A stretch of DNA of 32,000 nucleotides, taken from positions 420,001-452,000 of the forward strand of contig AP024486.1 in NCBI GenBank assembly GCA_021654395.1, written 5' to 3'. The notes beneath the pieces are model-generated. The model was not told where the DNA came from. It saw only the letters and a program-made list of their open reading frames with translations, and searched no databases. Shown in pieces: positions 25,052 to 32,000 of the stretch. This DNA comes from Candidatus Saccharimonadota bacterium (GTDB lineage Archaea; Micrarchaeota; Micrarchaeia; Micrarchaeales; Micrarchaeaceae). Numbering within the stretch: the stretch's first letter is position 1; every line of letters starts with the position of its first letter. Both the position numbers and the translations under genes were made by a program.

Positions 25052-26496
25052 AAAGCTATAATAGTGCCATAGTTAGTATCAGATAGTTTTACATTAAATC
25101 TCTTAGCTATGCTCTCTCTTATACTATCTGCTTCATTAAATCTTTTAGAAGCCCTTAACTGATCTCTTTCCTTAATTAGAGAGATTAGCTCATCATTATT
25201 ATATAGGCTATTGAGCTTATCTATAAGCTGCGTAAATCCTATGCTAAATATACTGTCTATATCTAATAGATATCTTATAGCGGTCTTAGCAAGCTCGCTG
25301 CTCAATGCCTTTTTACTTGTAAGATCATTTAGTATGCTTATAATACTATGCATCTCTCTTAATGCATCTGGTGTATCAAGATCGTTATATAGATATCCGA
25401 TAGCTTTCTTATAGTGATCCTCTATACTCTTCTCATCTTTATTATCTGCATTATAGCTACCATGAGCTATCCAGTTTACTAATGATAAGGTTGCATATAG
25501 ATTGTTTAATGTATTCTGAGCGTCATCCATCGCTTTAAATGTAAAGTTGAGCTCAGATCTATAATGGCTTGTTAATACAAGGTATCTATAAGCTAATGGA
25601 TTATATCCTCTGCTTATTAGATCATCTATAGTATATATATTCCTTAGAGATTTAGACATCTTCTGATTCTCAACCTTTAAGAATGCAACATGGAACCAGA
25701 TCTTTGCTGGTATTACTCCATTTAAGCCTTCAGACTGAGCAATCTCATTTGTATGATGAACTGGAATATGGTCTACGCCTCCTGTATGAATGTCAAACTG
25801 CTTTCCAAGGTACTTAGTGCTCATAACGCTGCACTCTATATGCCATCCTGGAAAGCCTAATCCGTATTCTGAATCCCACGTCATCTCTTGCTTAACCTTT
25901 ACATTTCTCCATAAAGCGAAATCTGTTATATTCCTTATTCCCTCTGGTCTCTCTACTCTAGCTCCTGCCTTTAGCTCTCTGTTAAGCTCTTCGAAGCTCT
26001 TTCCAATTAACACTCCATAGTCATTTATCTTAGATGTATCAAAGTAAACTCCTTTATCTATCTTGTACGCGTATCCTTTCTGATCTAAGATCTTAATTGC
26101 ATCTAGAATATCATTAATATGATCTGATGCTCTTGGCATTATATCTGGCTTCTCTATATTAAGTAGATCAAGGTATCTTAAGAATATACTTGTATAATAA
26201 TCTGCTATCTCTCTTACTGTCTTATTCTCTTCTTCTGCCTCTTTTCTAAGCTTGTCCTCCCCCTCTTCAGCATCTCCTACTAGATGCCCAACATCTGTTA
26301 TATTCATTACTCTTTTTACCTTAAAGCCATAATGTTTGAGAGTCTTTACTAATATATCTACATCTATATAGCTTCGCATATTTCCTATATGAGGATAGTA
26401 GTATACTGTTGGGCCGCAAGAGTATATTCTTATAGCATTATCTTCTAATGGATCTACCTTCTCTATCTTTTTAGTAAGTGTATTATAGAGGTACAT
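25048..26496 (-). CDS. cysS: Cysteinyl-tRNA synthetase
   Basis: The class I motifs CGPTVYYYPHIGNMRSY (HIGH) and KMSKS are present, with the zinc and cysteine-binding context WHIECS. The stop overlaps the priS start by 4 nt. Confidence 0.93.
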   Translation of the reverse strand: MYLYNTLTKKIEKVDPLEDNAIRIYSCGPTVYYYPHIGNMRSYIDVDILVKTLKHYGFKVKRVMNITDVGHLVGDAEEGEDKLRKEAEEENKTVREIADYYTSIFLRYLDLLNIEKPDIMPRASDHINDILDAIKILDQKGYAYKIDKGVYFDTSKINDYGVLIGKSFEELNRELKAGARVERPEGIRNITDFALWRNVKVKQEMTWDSEYGLGFPGWHIECSVMSTKYLGKQFDIHTGGVDHIPVHHTNEIAQSEGLNGVIPAKIWFHVAFLKVENQKMSKSLRNIYTIDDLISRGYNPLAYRYLVLTSHYRSELNFTFKAMDDAQNTLNNLYATLSLVNWIAHGSYNADNKDEKSIEDHYKKAIGYLYNDLDTPDALREMHSIISILNDLTSKKALSSELAKTAIRYLLDIDSIFSIGFTQLIDKLNSLYNNDELISLIKERDQLRASKRFNEADSIRESIAKRFNVKLSDTNYGTIIAL

Positions 26497-26621
26497 ATCA
26501 ATACTGCTTTTATTTTAATCTTTATATAGCTTTCATATAATGATGTAAAGAGAATATTTAAAAGTTGTAATAGCTTAAGTTAATACTATTGATTAATAGT
26601 ATAAATAATAAGATGATTTAG

Positions 26622-28325
26622 ATGAAGGCATTGCTATTAGATGTAGAGAAGCTTTCATATGAAGCAGTAAAGCCAGAGGCAGAGGTATATGAAGAGGAGA
26701 GATTGATAAATAAGAGGGCAGAGGTTAATGATGCATTATGCTTAATGTTTACCGTAGAGTCTGGAGATAATGATGCCATAGCTGCAGAGGCTGCAAATGA
26801 TGCTATAAGCTACTGCAAGAAGAATAATATAAAGAATCTTGTAGTATATCCTTATGCACATCTTAGCAGCGATCATGCTGATCTAAGAGAGGCATTAAGG
26901 ATAACTAAGAACATAAGAGAGCTTGTTAAAGGAGCTGGATTAAATCTAATAGCTGCACCTTTCGGCTGGAATAAGAAGCTAGAGCTATCAATAAAAGGGC
27001 ATCCATTGGCAGAGCAGTTTAGAGAGTACGGCTCTTCAATTAAAGAGTCTAGTAATAAAGAGAAGAAAGAGCTCAAGATAGATACAAGCATCGTTAGAAA
27101 GAGCGATTGGAAGGATCTTCCAGAGGATGATCATAGAAGAATAGGCGAGCGCTTAGATCTGTATAGCTTTCAAGAGGTATCTCCAGCGATGGTATACTTT
27201 CATCCAAGAGGCACAGTAATATATAATGAGCTAACTAGCTTCTTAAGAGAGCTAGAGCAGGATTATGGCTACGAAGAGCTTATACTTCCAGCGATCTCAA
27301 ATATTGCTCTATTCCATGTAAGTGGACATCTTGATCATTATGTAGATAATATGTTCATTATGGACTCTCCATTAGGCAGATTAGCGCTTAAACCTATGAA
27401 CTGTCCATCAACTATACTTATATACAAGACTAAAAGATGGAGCTATAGAGATCTACCATGGAGAACAGCTACATTCTCTAAGGTTTATAGAATGGAGCTC
27501 AGCGGTGCAGTAACTGGACTATTCAGAGTAAGAGAGCTTACGCAGGATGATGGTCATATATTCGCTAGAGAGGATCAAGTAGAGGATGAGATATCTAAGC
27601 TACTAGAGATGATTAAAAAGGTCTACGACACATTAGGCTTAAAGTTCTATGCAAAGCTATCAACAAGACCTGATGATTATATAGGAGATGAGAGCTTATG
27701 GGATAGAGCGACAGCCGCTCTAGAGAATGCATTAAAGAAGAATAATATAAGCTATCAGATAAAGGAGAAGGAAGGAGCATTCTATGGACCAAAGATAGAT
27801 GTAGATGTACTAGATTCAAGAGGAAGATACTGGCAGTGTGCAACAATACAGCTAGACTATCAGCTTCCAAGAAGATTCGGAATAACATACATAGATGAGA
27901 ATGGTAAAGAGCAGGTTCCTGTAATAATACACAGAGCAATATTGGGATCTCTAGAGAGATTTATAGGGGTTATGACAGAGCACTTTAAGGGAGCATTCCC
28001 TACATGGTTAAGCCCTGTTCAAGTCTATATAGCAACTATAAATGATAGTGTAGCAGATTATGCAAAAGAGATATACAGCAGGTTAAAGAAGGAAAGAATT
28101 AGAGCAGCTCTAGATACATCAGATAGAACATTAGAGTATAAGATAAGGGAAGCGCATGATGAGGAAGCTCCATACATAATAATAGTGGGAAGCAAAGAGA
28201 AGAGTAGCAATAAGATCTCTATAAGAATGCGCGGAAATAAGCAGCTAAGTGGCATAGATATAGAAGATTTTATAAGCAAGATAAAGAAAGAGATCTCTGA
28301 TAGATCTTTAAGTAGCTTATTTTAA
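26622..28325 (+). CDS. thrS: Threonyl-tRNA synthetase with an archaeal-type N-terminal editing domain
   Basis: The N-terminus (VVYPYAHLSSDHA ... APFGWNKKLELSIKGHPLAEQF) fits the archaeal ThrRS editing domain. The class II catalytic core (FRVRELTQDDGHIF, GAFYGPKIDV, IHRAILGSLERF) and an anticodon-binding domain follow. Confidence 0.92.
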   Translation: MKALLLDVEKLSYEAVKPEAEVYEEERLINKRAEVNDALCLMFTVESGDNDAIAAEAANDAISYCKKNNIKNLVVYPYAHLSSDHADLREALRITKNIRELVKGAGLNLIAAPFGWNKKLELSIKGHPLAEQFREYGSSIKESSNKEKKELKIDTSIVRKSDWKDLPEDDHRRIGERLDLYSFQEVSPAMVYFHPRGTVIYNELTSFLRELEQDYGYEELILPAISNIALFHVSGHLDHYVDNMFIMDSPLGRLALKPMNCPSTILIYKTKRWSYRDLPWRTATFSKVYRMELSGAVTGLFRVRELTQDDGHIFAREDQVEDEISKLLEMIKKVYDTLGLKFYAKLSTRPDDYIGDESLWDRATAALENALKKNNISYQIKEKEGAFYGPKIDVDVLDSRGRYWQCATIQLDYQLPRRFGITYIDENGKEQVPVIIHRAILGSLERFIGVMTEHFKGAFPTWLSPVQVYIATINDSVADYAKEIYSRLKKERIRAALDTSDRTLEYKIREAHDEEAPYIIIVGSKEKSSNKISIRMRGNKQLSGIDIEDFISKIKKEISDRSLSSLF

Positions 28326-28329
28326 TAGC

Positions 28330-29445
28330 CTATCTTACAAATCTTCCTATTCCTACTATCTTATTATCTTTATCTAATATAATGAATCTACTTAAGCTCT
28401 CTCTACTCTCGCTAAGCTCAACAGGTATGGCTTCGCTCTTACTAATCTTAAGATTACTTATATCCATTATCTTAATATCTCCTTTAATAGAAGCCTCTAA
28501 TCGATCATAATATAACGATAATGTTAAATCTCTCGCTGCTCTCTTTATTAGAAAGATCTCTGCCTTCTCTTCCTCTTTCTTACTTATTGTAGCTCTTCTA
28601 TCTATCAATAGCTTTGTATTACCTTTGATTATACTATCTGTCCTAAGCTTAACATAGCTGAATGAGCTATAGCTCTTATCTGTGTATACTGCATAGTCTT
28701 CATTATTGTAAGGGTCATATAACTTACTCTTCTTAGAAAGCTTGCCACTAAAAAGAAAGCCTTCTAATCTGTTTTTCTCTATACTGTTAACTACAAATCT
28801 TGCTATACTATCTTTCTTCCTACTCCTCTTAAGCTCTATTATCTTATCTATAACTGTGCCTTCACCAAAATCGTAGTATCTCTTTACTAGATTATAGCCT
28901 TTAAGTGCAGATATTGGTATGAAGTATGCCTTTAATCCATTATAAGAGCTATCATTTAGCTGATCTTGTATAAGATTCTTTATATATTCAAATCTTCTCT
29001 CGGGCTTATCAAATAGATCTAGCTTATTTATGCAGAATATTATATCCTTTAAGCCAAATATACGCGCTATCTTTAGATGATTAAATGCTTGCTCTGGTAT
29101 CTTATCAGACTCTGCAGATATAACTAATAACGCCAGATCTACATTATTAAAGCCAGATATCATATTTTCTATAAGCTCCTTATGCCCTGGCACATCTATT
29201 AGCGTTATATCTTCATTATTACAGTGTATCTTATATTCGGTGCTTCTTAGTGTAAAGCCTTCCTCTCTCTCCTCTTCAAAAGAGTCTAATATAAAAGCAT
29301 GCTCCTGTCTTTTAGCTATCTTACTAGAGTATCTATACGCCTCTTTAAGTCTATCTCTACTTATACTCTTAGTAAGTATAAGCATATTCCCTATAAGAGT
29401 AGACTTTCCGTTATCCTTATCTCCTAGAACTATGGCTCTTATCAT
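28330..29445 (-). CDS. cysN: CysN-like GTPase (sulfate adenylyltransferase subunit 1-like), short form without an APS kinase domain
   Basis: The G1 motif is GDKDNGKSTLIGNML, G3 is DVPGH and G4 is INKLD. It lies 7 nt downstream of cysD on the same strand. At 371 aa the C-terminal beta-barrel region is shorter than in textbook CysN. Confidence 0.7.
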   Translation of the reverse strand: MIRAIVLGDKDNGKSTLIGNMLILTKSISRDRLKEAYRYSSKIAKRQEHAFILDSFEEEREEGFTLRSTEYKIHCNNEDITLIDVPGHKELIENMISGFNNVDLALLVISAESDKIPEQAFNHLKIARIFGLKDIIFCINKLDLFDKPERRFEYIKNLIQDQLNDSSYNGLKAYFIPISALKGYNLVKRYYDFGEGTVIDKIIELKRSRKKDSIARFVVNSIEKNRLEGFLFSGKLSKKSKLYDPYNNEDYAVYTDKSYSSFSYVKLRTDSIIKGNTKLLIDRRATISKKEEEKAEIFLIKRAARDLTLSLYYDRLEASIKGDIKIMDISNLKISKSEAIPVELSESRESLSRFIILDKDNKIVGIGRFVR

Positions 29446-29452
29446 TAGAAAG

Positions 29453-30232
29453 TCACATATAGCCCATAGCCCTCAATCTCTGCATTATATACTCTTTCTC
29501 TTTATCCTGATCTCTTCCGCCTCTCTCTTCAGTCTTAGTATGCTTAAGCTCGTATATTATCTTATCTATACTATCTGCATCTGATCTTACAGGTACTGTG
29601 CAGTGTGTACACCCGAGACTTCTGTATCTATAGCCATCCTTAGAGAAGTATAAAGGATTTACTGGAATCTTTTCTCTTTTAATATAACGCCATACATCTA
29701 GCTCGCTCCAGTCTAATAATGGATGAACTCTATAATGACCTTCTTTTAAGTTATCTACTATAAAGTTCCCAAATAGCTCAAGTCTTGGCTCCTTATAGTT
29801 CCATCTCATAGAAGCATCTCTTTTAGAGAAGTAGCTCTCCTTAGCTCTTATTCCGTGCTCATCTCTTCTTATAGATACTATTAAGGCATCATATCTATTC
29901 TTCTTAAGAATCTCCTTTAAGGCCTCTGTCTTATTAGATCCACAGCATGCAAATCCAGAGATCTCTTTCTTTATCTTGCTCTTTGCTATAACCAATTTTA
30001 TATTCCACATATCCTTTATAAGATCTCTAAATCTGTATGACTCTGGAAAGTCTATGCCATTATCTATATTTATTACGTCATAAGGGATCTCTCCTTCAAA
30101 TAGCTTTCTTATAAGATATAATACAGCTGTCGAATCCTTCCCCATACTCCACAAAACTCCTATCTTATTAAACCTCTTATCTGCCTCTTTTATTATATAG
30201 AAGCTTCTGCTTTCTAGATAATTTAGATTCAT
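29453..30232 (-). CDS. cysD: Sulfate adenylyltransferase subunit 2 (CysD; PAPS-reductase/PP-loop fold)
   Basis: The PP-loop-like motif is LWSMGKDSTAVLYLI. The characteristic CysD C-terminus EERGGRDQDKEKEYIMQRLRAMGYM is present. Confidence 0.85.
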   Translation of the reverse strand: MNLNYLESRSFYIIKEADKRFNKIGVLWSMGKDSTAVLYLIRKLFEGEIPYDVINIDNGIDFPESYRFRDLIKDMWNIKLVIAKSKIKKEISGFACCGSNKTEALKEILKKNRYDALIVSIRRDEHGIRAKESYFSKRDASMRWNYKEPRLELFGNFIVDNLKEGHYRVHPLLDWSELDVWRYIKREKIPVNPLYFSKDGYRYRSLGCTHCTVPVRSDADSIDKIIYELKHTKTEERGGRDQDKEKEYIMQRLRAMGYM

Positions 30233-30319
30233 AATTCTCTCCTTATTACTTATATAGAAAGTAGATTAGAGTTAAAAAGTTATTAAAAGCTTTTAGATAA
30301 TAAATAATATTTGATCGTA

Positions 30320-31162
30320 ATGGCTGAGATGGTTCAGAAAGGCTCTTTAATATTCTTTATGGTATTCTGGGCTGTATCTATAGGCTTTTTAGTACTATCA
30401 ATATCAATACCTAAGGGCCAGATATATACTATACCTCTAGAGCTTATAGCTGTGATTATAGCAATTCTATTTGCTATACTTGCCTATGGTACTAGATTTC
30501 ACTCACCTATAATAATAGAGTTTCTAAATCAGAGAAAGAAGCTGATAGTACTAAATAATGATTATCCATACTACATATATCCATCTAATGATGCTATAGT
30601 TAGAAAGCTATCATCTGAGTATGTCGCAACTGTTATAATAAAGCTTCCTATGTATAGATCAGCTACAGAGATGAGTGAAGAAGAGAGATACACATTTGCA
30701 AAGAATATAGGTAGAGCATTAACACTATCAGATAAGCCAGTAAGATTCGCATCACAGCTATACTACATGAATAACGAGTCTTATATATCAGTTATTAGAG
30801 AGCAGTTGAATAAAGCAGAGACTGAGCTGCTTAGTCTGCAGCAGCAGAATGTGCCGCAAGAGAAGATAGAGAAGGCTAAGGGTCAATTGGCGATGTGGAG
30901 AAATATACTATCTGCAGTTTCATCATCTAACGCTATGCAGCTAGACAGCGTCGTCTATGTCTCTGCTAAGGGTGTTAGAGACTACGAGGCAGTAGCTTAT
31001 GCACAGCAGAGAGCGAGAGAGATTATATCTGGAATTGGTGCTATATTTGGCGTTATACCAACAATAGTTACAGGTCAAGACATAATAAAGTATATAGAGC
31101 CAGAAGGTGTAATTACAGAAGCTATAGTAACAGAGAAGATTAAGAAAGAGATAAGTGATTAA
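30320..31162 (+). CDS. Membrane-anchored protein of unknown family, paralogue of the next gene
   Basis: Two N-terminal TM helices are followed by a soluble domain: YVATVIIKLPMYRSATEMSEEERYTF ... PVRFASQLYYMNNESYISVIREQLNKAETEL ... VVYVSAKGVRDYEAVAYAQQRAREIISG. The ORF-track start is TTG at 30311, and the ATG at 30320 is preferred. Confidence 0.55.
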   Translation: MAEMVQKGSLIFFMVFWAVSIGFLVLSISIPKGQIYTIPLELIAVIIAILFAILAYGTRFHSPIIIEFLNQRKKLIVLNNDYPYYIYPSNDAIVRKLSSEYVATVIIKLPMYRSATEMSEEERYTFAKNIGRALTLSDKPVRFASQLYYMNNESYISVIREQLNKAETELLSLQQQNVPQEKIEKAKGQLAMWRNILSAVSSSNAMQLDSVVYVSAKGVRDYEAVAYAQQRAREIISGIGAIFGVIPTIVTGQDIIKYIEPEGVITEAIVTEKIKKEISD

Positions 31163-31164
31163 TT

Positions 31165-32000
31165 ATGGTAGATCAGGAAACAGTTATATTTACTCTATTT
31201 GCAGCAGTTCCTATAATAGTTATAATGGCCTTATCCGGAGCATATGGAAAGTATGTTAATATATTAGTTATAATAATAGCTCTTATTGGATTGGCGCTGC
31301 TGCTAGCTTTAGCGTTTGCAGACTTCTTAATAGTTCCGTACTTTATGAATCTCTTTGGACTTAAGGTACAGCCAGCTAAAGACTTTACAACGAATAGGCA
31401 GCAGAATGCAATAATTAAGCAGAGTAATGGGATATACTATACTATCGGATATCTTACCGCGAATCTATACTCTTATACATTTAAGCAAGAGCTTAGCGAA
31501 GAGGATACTTATCAAAAGATAATTAATAGTCCGTTGATATGGGAGAATATAATCTCTAGCGTAAAGGTCCCATTCAGATACAACATAGTCTCATTTGCAG
31601 AGAATGTGCAGAAAGTAAGAGAGGCGTTAGAGGCACAGAGAGGCCTTAAAGAGTCTCAGCTTACAAAGCTTATGCAGGCATCTAAGACAGAGTTTAGCTC
31701 GGCAGTAGCAGATCTTCAGAGAGCTATAAATATCATACAGAGAAAGATAGACAGAATATCTGCTGGAGAGAAGCCTGTAAGAACAATAATGTATATAGAG
31801 GTATTCGGAGCTGGAGTAAATGAGAAGGCAGCATTAGACGATCTAGAGTATAACATAGATCAAGTGAGGTCTGCCTTTGCATCATTTGATATAGAGATAA
31901 ATAGAGTAGCTGGAAGAGAGCTTTTTGTACTATTTGAGTTTGGCTTCTTCCTACCATCTAGCTATTCAGATATAGAGCAGCTATTCAGCAAGGAGGAGTA
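31165..32000 (+). CDS. Membrane-anchored paralogue of 30320-31162, open to the window end and absent from the ORF track
   Basis: My own translation gives MVDQETVIFTLFAAVPIIVIMALSGAYGKYVNILVIIIALIGLALLLALAF ... IYYTIGYLTANLYSYTFKQELSEEDTYQ ... VPFRYNIVSFAENVQKVREALEAQRG ... TIMYIEVFGAGVNEKAALDDLEYNIDQVRSAF. There is no stop before base 32000. It starts 3 nt after the preceding stop. Confidence 0.55.
   Translation, partial: MVDQETVIFTLFAAVPIIVIMALSGAYGKYVNILVIIIALIGLALLLALAFADFLIVPYFMNLFGLKVQPAKDFTTNRQQNAIIKQSNGIYYTIGYLTANLYSYTFKQELSEEDTYQKIINSPLIWENIISSVKVPFRYNIVSFAENVQKVREALEAQRGLKESQLTKLMQASKTEFSSAVADLQRAINIIQRKIDRISAGEKPVRTIMYIEVFGAGVNEKAALDDLEYNIDQVRSAFASFDIEINRVAGRELFVLFEFGFFLPSSYSDIEQLFSKEE

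Noticed and set aside
26497-26621. The imperfect inverted repeat ATACTAT-N6-ATAGTAT in the cysS/thrS divergent intergenic region, considered as a shared regulatory site.
   Set aside because: The arms are only 7 bp long and composed almost entirely of A/T in an A/T-rich spacer, so a chance occurrence is likely.
27613-27939. Antisense ORFs from the ORF track embedded in well-supported genes. Besides this 108-aa ORF in thrS, they are 2531-2734, 4284-4556, 4510-4716, 6226-6528, 7114-7365, 11414-11653, 12621-12851, 15839-16066, 16157-16408, 16713-16925, 18164-18346, 19307-19531, 21122-21352, 25211-25414, 25790-26020, 26873-27091, 28058-28279, 29240-29584 and 31733-31957.
   Set aside because: Each lies opposite a gene with strong family motifs. 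Their products are Ser/Leu/Ile/Phe-rich and low in complexity, as expected for shadow frames of AGA/GAA/AAG-rich coding sequence. None has a promoter-like element or a recognisable motif.
1-32000. A CRISPR array, IS element or transposase, toxin-antitoxin pair, rRNA, or a recognisable defence island.
   Set aside because: I noticed no regularly spaced direct repeats, terminal inverted repeats, transposase or integrase motifs, or Cas-like proteins on either strand. Without tools, this scan cannot rule out short degenerate repeats.

Overview
This window is an AT-rich archaeal chromosomal segment, roughly one-third G+C by eye. It is densely packed with 37 protein-coding calls (36 complete or edge-truncated genes plus one tentative 54-aa ORF) and one tRNA-Gln(CUG). 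I found no CRISPR array, IS element, integrase or rRNA gene. Most genes are recognisable archaeal housekeeping genes: rtcB, agmatinase, a UbiA-type prenyltransferase, two glycosyltransferases, topoisomerase VI subunit B, an aDim2/Pno1-like KH protein, secY, L14e, cmk, L34e, trxB, Cgi121, an M50 protease, priS, cysS, thrS and cysD/cysN. Secreted and membrane proteins are very rich in N-x-S/T sequons. Many genes have an A/T-rich TATA-like box about 25-30 nt upstream of the ATG, which fits leaderless transcription. The best candidate for an undescribed system is a tightly coupled co-directional operon at 6860-12449. It encodes an N-terminally minimal FtsK/HerA/VirB4-superfamily ATPase, followed by five proteins I cannot assign to any family: a small helical-repeat protein, a zinc-ribbon membrane hairpin protein, a coiled-coil plus winged-helix protein, a tentative 54-aa ORF missing from the ORF track, and an 802-aa two-pass glycoprotein with a cytoplasmic winged-helix-like tail. 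A second candidate is a pair of paralogous membrane-anchored proteins at 30320 to the window end, whose layout recalls VirB4/TrbE N-terminal domains. Smaller items are an 11-bp-periodic repeat and palindrome operator in front of a coiled-coil wHTH regulator, a perfect 11-bp hairpin, a DUF929 thioredoxin-like protein paired with a CSC-motif membrane protein, a three-gene RCK channel operon with degenerate selectivity filters, and an isolated short cysDN pair. All family assignments rest on motifs read by eye, because no database search was possible.
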